64,000 bases of DNA. Source: Shigella phage PSD9. The notes beneath the pieces were generated by a model, which ran no database searches, was not told the DNA's origin, and was given only the letters and a program-made list of their open reading frames with translations. The stretch lies in the sequence record MZ561532; one strand, given 5' to 3'. Every line of letters begins with the position of its first letter. Position 1 is the first letter of the stretch. Positions 55,010 to 63,851 of this stretch are shown here, piece by piece. The position numbers and the translations under genes were made by a program.

Positions 55010-55708
55010 TTAGAACGAGTGGCTTGAGCCTGCTTCCATAGCCAATACATAAGAAGCTTGTGAACCTTCAAACTTGGCTGCGAAACGAGCGTCCTGGCCT
55101 TCACCACGGGCCCATAACAATACATGGTAATCGGCAGGCATCATTTTCATATTAGTTTTGTTGATAATGAATTTGAATTCAGGGCCATCATGGTCTGCAA
55201 CCACTAAGGAATACAATGGACGTGCCAGGTCCTTATCATCAACTTGTTTGTAGCCATTGATTACAATTTTACCATTGTCTACAGTAATAGCAAATGTATC
55301 AATACTCAGTCCAGAGGACACACGCATCAACTGTTGGTAATCTTCGGCTTTAAGGTCAAAAATAACTTCAGCCACCGGGAACGGAATAGCTTTGCTTGGG
55401 AATGCAATTGTACTTGGGTCGGCAATAGGCCACTTAATAGTTGAACGTTGGTCTTTAATAATTAGAGTGGTTTGGTCTTCACTTACCGAAACTTCAGCAC
55501 TTTCAGATACCAATGACAGAATACTTAAGAAGCCGTTCAAATCATAGATTGCGGCTTCGATATCAAAGGTATCACTTACAGTAGCTTCACCATAACTTGC
55601 ACCCGTTACTGAACGAGTTAGAATAGTGTTACCAGGCTTAAGCATGATACCTGGGTTAATACTGGAGAAGTTTTTCAGAATGTTCAGAGTTTCTTTAGAG
55701 AATTTCAT
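55010..55708 (-). CDS. 45: Sliding clamp gp45
   Basis: 232-aa ORF; MKFSKETLNILKNFSSINPGIML...IYDLNGFLSILSLV...FKFIINKTNMKMMPADYHVLLWA matches recalled T4 gp45. Confidence 0.9.
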   Translation of the reverse strand: MKFSKETLNILKNFSSINPGIMLKPGNTILTRSVTGASYGEATVSDTFDIEAAIYDLNGFLSILSLVSESAEVSVSEDQTTLIIKDQRSTIKWPIADPSTIAFPSKAIPFPVAEVIFDLKAEDYQQLMRVSSGLSIDTFAITVDNGKIVINGYKQVDDKDLARPLYSLVVADHDGPEFKFIINKTNMKMMPADYHVLLWARGEGQDARFAAKFEGSQASYVLAMEAGSSHSF

Positions 55709-55736
55709 AATGTTTCCTTATCAAGTCAAAAATTAA

Positions 55737-56150
55737 TTAAGCAATAACGATCATTTGTTTACGAATGGATTCAGGCAGAGATTCAATATACTCTGGAATC
55801 TGGGAAGCAACAATAGCACCGGCTTCAAGCAGTTGTTCGTCAAAATCTACGCAATAATCATCTTCGAGACGTTCAGAACCATCACGGTCGATAACCAGTT
55901 TAGCACCTGCGGCCAATGAATCATTATAATGGCGACGCATAATTTCTACCCACTTATCAGATACGTCGTTATCAATGATACCGTAGAGCATGAACTTAGT
56001 TTCTTGTGGAAGAGACTGCAGACGACGTGCAGAGTCGGTATCAATATTCAGTACCCATGATTTACGGATACGGTTTTGATTATGTGGGTTGGAATCAGTA
56101 CGAATGGTTTTAACTTGGATATCTTTAACAGTAATAGCGTTAGCAAACAT
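55737..56150 (-). CDS. rpbA: RNA polymerase-binding protein RpbA-like (assigned by position; start uncertain)
   Basis: Track ORF 55737..56192; ATG 56150 preceded by SD GAGAGAAAA; lies between genes 45 and 46 as in T4. Confidence 0.5.
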   Translation of the reverse strand: MFANAITVKDIQVKTIRTDSNPHNQNRIRKSWVLNIDTDSARRLQSLPQETKFMLYGIIDNDVSDKWVEIMRRHYNDSLAAGAKLVIDRDGSERLEDDYCVDFDEQLLEAGAIVASQIPEYIESLPESIRKQMIVIA

Positions 56151-56210
56151 AATATTTTCTCTCATTTGGTTGGTAGATGTATTATAAATCAATATTTTAA
56201 AGCACTTAAT

Positions 56211-56402
56211 TTAATCAAAGTATTCATAAACGAACCAGGCAGGATTCCTGTTCGACATGATTCTATCATACTCTGACTTAAAAGCATTTCGGAGATAATC
56301 TTCAGTAACAAGATGTTCGTCTCCAGAGAAGTTATTAACTAAAACATACCGCTTTAGTTCAGGAACGGCCAACAAATGCTGGCCTGTTATAAAATCACTC
56401 AT
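56211..56402 (-). CDS. Hypothetical protein (63 aa)
   Basis: Track ORF; ATGA overlap with the gene 46 stop. Confidence 0.5.
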   Translation of the reverse strand: MSDFITGQHLLAVPELKRYVLVNNFSGDEHLVTEDYLRNAFKSEYDRIMSNRNPAWFVYEYFD

Positions 56403-58081
56403 TCCATCACCGTGAATCGTCCAACTTTCTTCATTTGAAGATGTTGGCCATAAGCTTGTGGGTCATGGTCTCGGTGAGAGATAATGAACACGTTCGTATC
56501 CTCAAGGCTATTCAAGATGGTTGCAATGGTCTTAACGCCTTCAGCGTCAGTAGCACTGTCAAATACCTCATCAAGAATTAACGTGCTGATATTAACACCT
56601 GATACCTTAGAAGCAATATCGCGCCATGTAAAAAGTAGTGCGATATCAATACGTGCTTTCTCACCCTGTGAAAATGAAGCATAACTAAAGTCTTCACGTC
56701 CACGTGATTTAATCGTCTCATTGAACTCTTCGTCTAGTGTAAAGACGTAGTCCGCTTCCATAATCTTCAAATAAGAATTTATCTGCTTATTAAAGATAGG
56801 AATGTATTTCTTAATAATGGAACCTTTAATACCGGTATCCTTCAACATTTCTGTTAGAATTCCACGATGATATTTTTCCATTACCAATGTGGATTTGGTA
56901 GAGACGATTTTATCAAGCTCTGCTTGAAGCGCGGCAATCTCTTCGGCATTACTTACGAACTCAGCAGCTGCTTGGTCGATTAATACTTTAACTTTTTTAG
57001 CTTTCTCTACGGCAGTAATGGCTTGTTGCTTATGAGTAGCTATCTGAGATTTAATAGCCAGCGCTTTATTACGTTGTTCGGTTACTTGGTCCTTAATGAG
57101 CTTGAGTTCTTGGTACTGTTCGTTAATCTTATCCAAAGATTTTTGAAGCTCAAAGTTCTTATCCTTAATTTTAGTAAGGATATTTCCATGCTCTTCCAGT
57201 CCTTGCATACATGTAGGACAACTACCACCGGTTTCGTATAATTTCACGACCTTAGTAAAGGTTGCCATATCATTCTTGATTGCAAATCCTTTATTGCTCA
57301 GGTCACTCATAGAGTTGCTAGGGTCATCATCGACGATGACATTGAGTAATTCATCAGTCAGTTTTTCTATATTGCCCTTCGCAGTCCTGGCTTCTTTAAC
57401 TAGCTCGTCATACATTACTTGTAGACGTGCTGCGTTCTCGCCGGATAATTTACGCTGACGTTCTTCGTTGTCATTATAAATTTTAATCTGTTGGGTAATA
57501 GAATCCTGTTTAACGTCGATTACTTGGATTTGGCTATTAGTCTCACGAATCAAAGATTTGTTCAACTTATCCATATCCGCTAATACAGAAACCTCTAAAA
57601 GGTCTTCCACCAGCTTTCGACGCGCTGGGGTTGACAAACCCATGAAAGGGGTATACCCTGCCGTGCCAAGAACGACAATCTGTTTGAAGCTTGCATAGGA
57701 CATTCCGATAAGCTGTTCAAATTCTGCTTGGAAGTCTTTACTGCTGGCAGATTCATCAAGACGTTCACCGCCACAAGAGATTTCAAAAATATTGGGTTTT
57801 TGCCCGCGCTTGATATAGTATTCTTTGCCATCATATTCCATCCACAGTTCGACCAAAAGGTCTTTCTTATTACTTGAGTTAATCAACTGCCCTTTCTTAA
57901 CATCACGAAAAGGCTTACCGAACAGAGCAAATGTAACGGCTTCAAGGAACGTAGATTTACCAGCGCCGTTTTTACCGGTGACTAAGGTCTTTTGGACCTT
58001 ATCAAGTTGGATTGTAATAGGTTGCTGGCCTACCGACATAATATTTTTATACGTTACTTTCTTTAACTTAAAAGTCTTCAT
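56399..58081 (-). CDS. 46: Recombination endonuclease subunit gp46 (SbcC/Rad50-like ATPase)
   Basis: Track ORF 56399..58093; ATG 58081 gives MKTFKLKKVTYKNIMSVGQQP as in T4 gp46; Walker A GKNGAGKST; long coiled-coil middle; C-terminal LILDEVFDS (Walker B/D-loop). Confidence 0.9.
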   Translation of the reverse strand: MKTFKLKKVTYKNIMSVGQQPITIQLDKVQKTLVTGKNGAGKSTFLEAVTFALFGKPFRDVKKGQLINSSNKKDLLVELWMEYDGKEYYIKRGQKPNIFEISCGGERLDESASSKDFQAEFEQLIGMSYASFKQIVVLGTAGYTPFMGLSTPARRKLVEDLLEVSVLADMDKLNKSLIRETNSQIQVIDVKQDSITQQIKIYNDNEERQRKLSGENAARLQVMYDELVKEARTAKGNIEKLTDELLNVIVDDDPSNSMSDLSNKGFAIKNDMATFTKVVKLYETGGSCPTCMQGLEEHGNILTKIKDKNFELQKSLDKINEQYQELKLIKDQVTEQRNKALAIKSQIATHKQQAITAVEKAKKVKVLIDQAAAEFVSNAEEIAALQAELDKIVSTKSTLVMEKYHRGILTEMLKDTGIKGSIIKKYIPIFNKQINSYLKIMEADYVFTLDEEFNETIKSRGREDFSYASFSQGEKARIDIALLFTWRDIASKVSGVNISTLILDEVFDSATDAEGVKTIATILNSLEDTNVFIISHRDHDPQAYGQHLQMKKVGRFTVME

Positions 58082-58331
58082 CGTTATAAGCATCCTTGAT
58101 GCATGATTCGGCCATATGGATTAATGTTTCTGGAGTATCATCTACCATTACATTAAAGCTAAATTCCACAGCCCAATCAGTAGCAACATAAACTTTAATA
58201 AGCTCGTTGGTGTCGCGAGTGCTCACGGCTTCAAACCAGAACTTAATGATATTCGTTTGGTTATCGTCATCAATAACGATGCAGTCGTGTTCTAGTTCAA
58301 GGCCTGATTTTTTGAATTCATCTAAAGTCAT
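58068..58331 (-). CDS. Hypothetical protein (87 aa)
   Basis: Track ORF between genes 47 and 46. Confidence 0.5.
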   Translation of the reverse strand: MTLDEFKKSGLELEHDCIVIDDDNQTNIIKFWFEAVSTRDTNELIKVYVATDWAVEFSFNVMVDDTPETLIHMAESCIKDAYNDEDF

Positions 58332-59350
58332 CGTGTAACCTCATTATAAAGTTGTGCGGCCATAGTCTTAAGGGCTTTAACATCGTCTTCAGTGTGGCCA
58401 TCAGGAAGGGCATCGATATAATCATACATCATATCCAAGAGGGACTTAACTTCATCTTCCTCTTCAGAATCATCGATATCAACACTGTTATCTACCTTAG
58501 ACACAATACGTAAAGAGTGAACAACCTTTTCAAGTTCAGATTCGAACTTGGTAAGCCCGTCATCAATTTTATCGACTATAACACGAACCGCAATATTTGT
58601 AAAATCTTTGTAATCGATAGTCGCATTCGGATAATGAATCTTACGATGCCAACAAGTTTCATTGATGATGAAATCCATTTTATGGGTTTCTGTATCGAAA
58701 ATCCAGAAGCCACGAGGGTCGTTCTCATCACCTGCAGTCAGGGTCCATGGCGTACCAATATACTTGACGTTTGCTGCATCAGAAATGGTGTGGAAGTGAC
58801 CAGACCATACTTGCTTATACTTCTTAAGGAAATCAGGTTCTAAACCATGTGATTTCATTCCTTTATAGAAATAGAAACCATTTAATTCCCAGTGGCCAAT
58901 GCAGAAATCTGCTGTAGTATTTTTGATATGGTCCATGATATCGGTCGTGTTTTCTTCACACATCCATGGAATCAAATCAATTTCGGTGCCATCAAAGTTA
59001 ACAGTAGTAGGTTTCTCGTAAACAGTAAAATTTTCATACTGAGTAAGAAGTTCAGAAACCGCATTAGGAGTTATGCTATTTTTAAACGTTGCATCATGGT
59101 TACCAATTATAACATGGACTTTAATACCTGCATCGCTGATAATTTCCACCAGACCACGATTAAATTCCATACATTTATGGGTGATAGCCTTGCGTACATC
59201 GAACCAATCACCATATTGAATCCATGTATCAATATTGTTTGCTTTAGAATATTCTACAGCCTGTTTAATACCGTTAAGCTGGATTTCCTGAATCCAAGGG
59301 TCATCGGCTTTTACTCCGATATGCAAATCACCTATATTCAAAATTTTCAT
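58328..59350 (-). CDS. 47: Recombination endonuclease subunit gp47 (SbcD/Mre11-like)
   Basis: 340-aa ORF; calcineurin-like phosphoesterase motifs (MKILNIGDLHIG, GNHD, GHWE/GHFH). Confidence 0.9.
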   Translation of the reverse strand: MKILNIGDLHIGVKADDPWIQEIQLNGIKQAVEYSKANNIDTWIQYGDWFDVRKAITHKCMEFNRGLVEIISDAGIKVHVIIGNHDATFKNSITPNAVSELLTQYENFTVYEKPTTVNFDGTEIDLIPWMCEENTTDIMDHIKNTTADFCIGHWELNGFYFYKGMKSHGLEPDFLKKYKQVWSGHFHTISDAANVKYIGTPWTLTAGDENDPRGFWIFDTETHKMDFIINETCWHRKIHYPNATIDYKDFTNIAVRVIVDKIDDGLTKFESELEKVVHSLRIVSKVDNSVDIDDSEEEDEVKSLLDMMYDYIDALPDGHTEDDVKALKTMAAQLYNEVTR

Positions 59351-59404
59351 AATCTACCTTTATAATGTATTTCATAGATTCATTTTATCATCCAAATATA
59401 AAGC

Positions 59405-59424
59405 AAAAAAGGAGCCTAAGCTCC
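59405..59424 (-). terminator. GGAGC-UUAG-GCUCC hairpin plus U6
   Basis: ggagcctaagctcc preceded by aaaaaa on the plus strand; on the minus transcript it overlaps the stop of the small ORF. Confidence 0.5.
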
Positions 59425-59589
59425 TTTACCAACTAATACACCGTACAGAGGTTCGTGATTAGACCTGAACTTGATAGGCTTATAGGTAATAGTACCTTCA
59501 TTTTCTGCTTTAATACGAGCGGCTTCAAATTGAAGTATCATCTCATTTTTGTCAGATTTAATCTTATCAAAATCCATCGAATTCGTCAT
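59416..59589 (-). CDS. Small hypothetical protein (57 aa, below the ORF-track cutoff)
   Basis: ATG 59589 with SD AGAGG; translation MTNSMDFDKIKSDKNEMILQFEAARIKAENEGTITYKPIKFRSNHEPLYGVLVGKGA; stop codon sits inside the terminator loop. Confidence 0.35.
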   Translation of the reverse strand: MTNSMDFDKIKSDKNEMILQFEAARIKAENEGTITYKPIKFRSNHEPLYGVLVGKGA

Positions 59590-59647
59590 TCATACAACCT
59601 CTTAAACTTTTTCGTATTCGTCTTTCATTAGCCGCCTGTCCACGTTA

Positions 59648-59848
59648 TCATCGTTGCCACCATTTCTTAAGTTGATGAGAATCTACCCAAACCTTGGCTA
59701 CGGGCTCAATCCGAAAAATTCCATCGGAATACTGGCCGACCATTTTATATTCGGTTTCGGACTGCTTAATACAGATATTACCGTATGAGCGAAGTCTAAA
59801 GGCGGCTCCAATAAGAAGCCGTTTAAAGGGTTTATTTACTAGGGCCAT
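59648..59848 (-). CDS. Hypothetical protein (66 aa)
   Basis: Track ORF. Confidence 0.45.
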   Translation of the reverse strand: MALVNKPFKRLLIGAAFRLRSYGNICIKQSETEYKMVGQYSDGIFRIEPVAKVWVDSHQLKKWWQR

Positions 59849-60143
59849 TGACGATTTCCCAAATTTGTTTGCGGGTAGATTCCCACATCAATTGAACAAG
59901 TTCATCAGTAACAGGTTGACGGTAAATACCACGTAATTTAATTAAAGCGTACTTATATGCTTCAAAGTTGTTTTCAAGTACAGCGCCTTGGGCATGGAGA
60001 TTTAAACGACGGATTTCACGAGCATTCTTCTTAAGAATCTTAGCCGCTTGAGAATTAGCTTCTTTAATATTGTGCTCTTCTAAACGTTGCTGGGCTTCTT
60101 CAATTTGCTCATCAGTCAATTGAGAAATGTCATGGCTTTGCAT
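59832..60143 (-). CDS. Hypothetical protein (103 aa)
   Basis: Track ORF. Confidence 0.5.
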   Translation of the reverse strand: MQSHDISQLTDEQIEEAQQRLEEHNIKEANSQAAKILKKNAREIRRLNLHAQGAVLENNFEAYKYALIKLRGIYRQPVTDELVQLMWESTRKQIWEIVNGPSK

Positions 60144-60144
60144 A

Positions 60145-60336
60145 TTAATCCTTTGGAGTCAATTCAATAGTGAAGTAGAAATTAGCGTTCTCAACATGAT
60201 AACGGTAATCTACGTTATTGTCAGGAGAAGTGAATTCAATATTCCTGACGTTAAGTGGGTCAATATCAATAGGAAGGCCTTTAACATCCCGTAATATCAA
60301 TTTAATAAAATAAGGGAGTGCTTCGAAGTCTTCCAT
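60145..60336 (-). CDS. Hypothetical protein (start uncertain)
   Basis: Track ORF 60145..60411 would overlap the gene 55 3' end; an internal ATG at 60336 avoids this. Confidence 0.4.
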   Translation of the reverse strand: MEDFEALPYFIKLILRDVKGLPIDIDPLNVRNIEFTSPDNNVDYRYHVENANFYFTIELTPKD

Positions 60337-60358
60337 TCCATCTAAAAGTGGAGTGATA

Positions 60359-60916
60359 TTAATCTGATGTTCCATATAAAAAATCCAGTTCACCGACTTT
60401 AGGTTCGGCACTCTTATCAGACCCTGGTGCTTTAGTTAAAGAGGTTTCATACTGAGTCATTTTGTCGTAGATATCTTGGATAAAGGTTTCATCTGCAATA
60501 CCTACCATGTCGTCATCATTACTGTCATAGACATTATGGACGAAGTAGCTATATTTCTTTGCCATTTCTTTACGTTCTTTTTTGATACGCTGAACGAAGG
60601 CATTAAAACAAGCCATAGTGATATATGCATGTGGGTTGTCGTATTTTGTTTCGTCGAAGTTGTGAAGACCTTTAATCGAAGCTTCGATTCCATCAGCAAT
60701 CATTTCTTGCTTCCAAGATTGGGTATATCCTGAGAAGTTGAAACGTTTACTTAGTCCTTCAGCAATGAGCATAATAGCCAAGCCGATAACGTCGTTCTGG
60801 CGAACTATTTTATTAGGATCGGTATTTTCTCTGAGTTCTGTTTTCCATTGGGTGATAGCTTTCAGAAGCTCCTTATTATTTACATAGTTATTTTTAGTCA
60901 GTTTAATTTCGGTCAT
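60359..60916 (-). CDS. 55: Late-promoter sigma factor gp55
   Basis: 185-aa ORF; [19 protein letters not shown]...[58 protein letters not shown]... nearly identical to recalled T4 gp55. Confidence 0.9.
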   Translation of the reverse strand: MTEIKLTKNNYVNNKELLKAITQWKTELRENTDPNKIVRQNDVIGLAIMLIAEGLSKRFNFSGYTQSWKQEMIADGIEASIKGLHNFDETKYDNPHAYITMACFNAFVQRIKKERKEMAKKYSYFVHNVYDSNDDDMVGIADETFIQDIYDKMTQYETSLTKAPGSDKSAEPKVGELDFLYGTSD

Positions 60917-60982
60917 TGTTACCTCAGATAACTCAAATCATAGGTCTATTATATCATAGTATTTGAAGACCCTTTTAAAGCA

Positions 60983-61246
60983 TCAACGGAGTAAGCAATA
61001 AGCCTGAAATACGGTTTCAAGGATTTGTGTGAACTCGGAATAAGAAATTGTATCAGTACATCCATGTTCAGACATATATCCACAAAATTCTTTAAAAAGA
61101 CCTGGATATTCGCGATGGTTGTATTTGGAAATATGAGACTTCCATACTAAAGAAGTCTCACCACAAACAAACTCAACATCCATACAGTTATCTATTAAGA
61201 AAAATCCGAGACCTTCGTAGGCGAGGGTGGTGGATATGGGTTTCAT
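60983..61246 (-). CDS. Hypothetical protein (87 aa)
   Basis: Track ORF. Confidence 0.5.
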   Translation of the reverse strand: MKPISTTLAYEGLGFFLIDNCMDVEFVCGETSLVWKSHISKYNHREYPGLFKEFCGYMSEHGCTDTISYSEFTQILETVFQAYCLLR

Positions 61247-61509
61247 TGTAGGAATCGAGCTCCTTCCAATGCGTCATCTAGGTTATCGAACTCGTCGACG
61301 TAATCAACACCGCCAACCTCATCTTTTGCATACAGCCAATACTGTTTAAACTCGTATTCAATAATAAAGTGGTCGCCTTCAATTTGAAGAACCCCATCAC
61401 CATTAAATTGAACTGCATAACCTGTAAAGCGGACATCATTCAAGAGTTCTTCTTTCATAGCAATCATTTCCAAGTTTTTATCGTAATTAGAGAGTTTTAT
61501 TTTAATCAT
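61243..61509 (-). CDS. Hypothetical protein (88 aa)
   Basis: Track ORF; ATGA overlaps with neighbours. Confidence 0.5.
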   Translation of the reverse strand: MIKIKLSNYDKNLEMIAMKEELLNDVRFTGYAVQFNGDGVLQIEGDHFIIEYEFKQYWLYAKDEVGGVDYVDEFDNLDDALEGARFLQ

Positions 61510-61835
61510 TTCGCTGCCTTAACAATTTTCAGGTCAACGAATTTTTTCTTACGTTGGTTTTTCATACGACGGATAGTTTTATCAGAGATTTCACCAGGGG
61601 CCCAAGCTTTAGATTCTACACCAAAGGCAGCGACATCGAATTCATCGAGGATATATTGAACCAGAATTTCACGAATACCGTTCTTACCAATTTTCTGGTC
61701 TTTAGAGTGCATGATAGGTAACAGTTCAGCAACCCATTGGTCAAGAACCTGAGGAGTTACAAAACCTGTTTTCATCAGTTCGTTTACTTTATCGAAAGCG
61801 AAAGAGTTCAGTACGTTTTTAATAGCTTGTGACAT
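61506..61835 (-). CDS. Hypothetical protein (about 109 aa)
   Basis: Track ORF 61506..61997; ATG 61835 (MSQAIKNVLN...) preceded by SD gaggaaatt. Confidence 0.45.
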   Translation of the reverse strand: MSQAIKNVLNSFAFDKVNELMKTGFVTPQVLDQWVAELLPIMHSKDQKIGKNGIREILVQYILDEFDVAAFGVESKAWAPGEISDKTIRRMKNQRKKKFVDLKIVKAAK

Positions 61836-61903
61836 AATAATTTCCTCAGTTTTAAAGTTATAATCCGTAGGACCATTATACTCTGGTCCCAAGAGTTTGT
61901 AAA

Positions 61904-62104
61904 CTATTTTTGACTCATTGCACCTTTCCAGCCTTCGTACATAGATGCAGCTGAAATTAATAAAGCGCCTGAACAACTTGAATATTTGTGGTTCCAAAAC
62001 CAGTTCAGAAAAACTTCGTCATCAATACCTTGGGCTATCATATTTTCAAAGAACTGACGACGAGCTTCAGCAATTCGCTGTGATAATTTAGATTCAGGAT
62101 TCAT
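61904..62104 (-). CDS. Hypothetical protein (66 aa)
   Basis: Track ORF. Confidence 0.45.
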   Translation of the reverse strand: MNPESKLSQRIAEARRQFFENMIAQGIDDEVFLNWFWNHKYSSCSGALLISAASMYEGWKGAMSQK

Positions 62105-62236
62105 TTAAATTTTCCAGTTTCCGTGTTTATCAATGAATTTAATCCAGTCATTTACTGACCACGTGGTTGTATCGCCCTTTGGACTAACATTTAAAGTGTA
62201 TAGTCCTTGCTTAAAAAGCATTCGTTTGATATTCAT
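62105..62236 (-). CDS. Small hypothetical protein (about 43 aa)
   Basis: Track ORF 62105..62329; ATG 62236 preceded by SD GAGGAAAAT. Confidence 0.4.
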   Translation of the reverse strand: MNIKRMLFKQGLYTLNVSPKGDTTTWSVNDWIKFIDKHGNWKI

Positions 62237-62243
62237 ATTTTCC

Positions 62244-62537
62244 TCAGCTATAACGATAACATTCGTTTGATTTACGTTTTGCAACTCGATGAGAAGTATT
62301 GTAATCAGGTTCATCGTCATTGTAAACATCTTTTTTCAGCTTTCTCACTTCTTTACGAAGCTGGCGGTTCATTTCGTTCTTAACTTCAGAATCAACACCG
62401 CGCATACGTTTCCACTTGTCGGAACGGAAGATATTTTCTTCAACCAGTTCCTGACTTACTCCGTCCGGTGCTTTACGACGTCCGGAATAATAAAAATCTT
62501 TTACAGACAATTCTTTACGACGAATAGTTTTACCCAT
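62244..62537 (-). CDS. Hypothetical basic protein (97 aa)
   Basis: Track ORF; lysine/arginine-rich. Confidence 0.5.
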   Translation of the reverse strand: MGKTIRRKELSVKDFYYSGRRKAPDGVSQELVEENIFRSDKWKRMRGVDSEVKNEMNRQLRKEVRKLKKDVYNDDEPDYNTSHRVAKRKSNECYRYS

Positions 62538-62539
62538 AG

Positions 62540-62794
62540 TTACCTCAGCAGTTTGTATCCAATAAGATTTTTAATGTATTGGACATCTTTGACATCCAAA
62601 TCTAACTTAATATCTTTCAGACGGTCGCACAGGGTCAAAAAGGTTACATGTTTCCAATTCTTCACTGGGCAACAATAAGTCTTAGGACCATTTGCAATTT
62701 CAATATTCTTATCAGTGACGGTGAGAAAAATCAGGCGCTCATCATCCAGATTAAGGGTAACGATATTTTTCATTGAATGTAATTTCAGACTCAT
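62540..62794 (-). CDS. Hypothetical protein (84 aa)
   Basis: Track ORF. Confidence 0.5.
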   Translation of the reverse strand: MSLKLHSMKNIVTLNLDDERLIFLTVTDKNIEIANGPKTYCCPVKNWKHVTFLTLCDRLKDIKLDLDVKDVQYIKNLIGYKLLR

Positions 62795-62973
62795 GATTTA
62801 ATTTCCTTAGCTACTGAACAAAATAAAGAACGGTCGCACACCATCAATGGAGCATCAGGGTGAGTCAAAGGTTGATACCATACATCGAGATTTGTTACCT
62901 TTGTTACTTGAACAGGGTAGCCATTTACTGAATAATACTGGTCGGCTTTAATTTCTTTATCTTGGATAGTCAT
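62791..62973 (-). CDS. Hypothetical protein (60 aa)
   Basis: Track ORF downstream of an early promoter. Confidence 0.5.
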   Translation of the reverse strand: MTIQDKEIKADQYYSVNGYPVQVTKVTNLDVWYQPLTHPDAPLMVCDRSLFCSVAKEIKS

Positions 62974-62990
62974 AATGTTCTCCTCATGTG

Positions 62991-63031
62991 TTGATAGGAT
63001 AGACTATAACACGTGAGGAGAGGAAGTAAAT
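62991..63031 (-). promoter_or_regulatory. Early promoter with conserved box (variant -35 ATTTAC)
   Basis: Minus strand (GT)ATTTAC-N17-TATAGT-CTATCCTATCAA. Confidence 0.45.
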
Positions 63032-63032
63032 A

Positions 63033-63350
63033 CTAATCTTCAATTAAATCTTGGTCATAACCAAGTTCAATCAAAAGCGATTTGAAGGCAGGAATATTTT
63101 CTATTTTCTTATTATCGACAAATATGACAGGATAGCGTATCGCTAAGCTCTTGAAGCCTGCACGTTTGGCCAATGATACTATAAGAGGCTTGTCGTATAC
63201 TGCGCCTGACGGCGTCTGGTTAATCACAGGATAGAAAGTATGTGGGATAGAAAGGGAATTTAGGAGCGATAGAACAGCAATGCACCCTGGACAGCGCATG
63301 ACTGTCTCAGGGATACCGTAAATCTCAATTTTAGTTAACTTTTGGTCCAC
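63033..63350 (-). CDS. Glutaredoxin/thioredoxin-like protein (CPGC active site)
   Basis: 105-aa ORF; KIEIYGIPETVMRCPGCIAV is a typical redoxin N-terminus with a CxxC motif. Confidence 0.55.
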   Translation of the reverse strand: MDQKLTKIEIYGIPETVMRCPGCIAVLSLLNSLSIPHTFYPVINQTPSGAVYDKPLIVSLAKRAGFKSLAIRYPVIFVDNKKIENIPAFKSLLIELGYDQDLIED

Positions 63351-63627
63351 AGGAAATAACTCCTTGGTAGTCCCAAGTTTTTAGAACTTCGTCTTCATTA
63401 GTTCCGTATGGGACGTAAATCTGGATAAGGAACCCGGTATCATCAAAAGAGAAATAGACAGTAGGTTTAATACCATGAATCTCTGACAGAGCATAGATGT
63501 CCTTGAGGTCGTCTTCCTTACCTTTAAAGAATTCAGGGTTCAGGTCACAGTCATGGAAGTACCAATCATCACCAAACTTGTCCCAAGCGGTCCAATTCAA
63601 AGCTACATATTCTTCAAAACGTTTCAT
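63331..63627 (-). CDS. Hypothetical protein (98 aa)
   Basis: Track ORF. Confidence 0.5.
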   Translation of the reverse strand: MKRFEEYVALNWTAWDKFGDDWYFHDCDLNPEFFKGKEDDLKDIYALSEIHGIKPTVYFSFDDTGFLIQIYVPYGTNEDEVLKTWDYQGVISCGPKVN

Positions 63628-63851
63628 TCTTTCACCTTCATCATTTTTGCAATAACACTATGAACAGCCTGGATTCGTTTGTCGAACTCGGACCCTTCAA
63701 GACCTTTTTCAGTACTCAGAGCACCAATAATCATGAACAGCAATCCAAACGGAATAGCCAGGATTAAAAGGCATACGATAAACAGAACCAATGTTATATT
63801 AGCCAGGATATCAGAAACAGCATTACGAAATTTATTCATTAAAGAACCCAC
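63624..63851 (-). CDS. Hypothetical membrane protein (75 aa)
   Basis: Track ORF; central hydrophobic segment ITLVLFIVCLLILAIPFGLLFMIIGAL. Confidence 0.5.
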   Translation of the reverse strand: MGSLMNKFRNAVSDILANITLVLFIVCLLILAIPFGLLFMIIGALSTEKGLEGSEFDKRIQAVHSVIAKMMKVKE

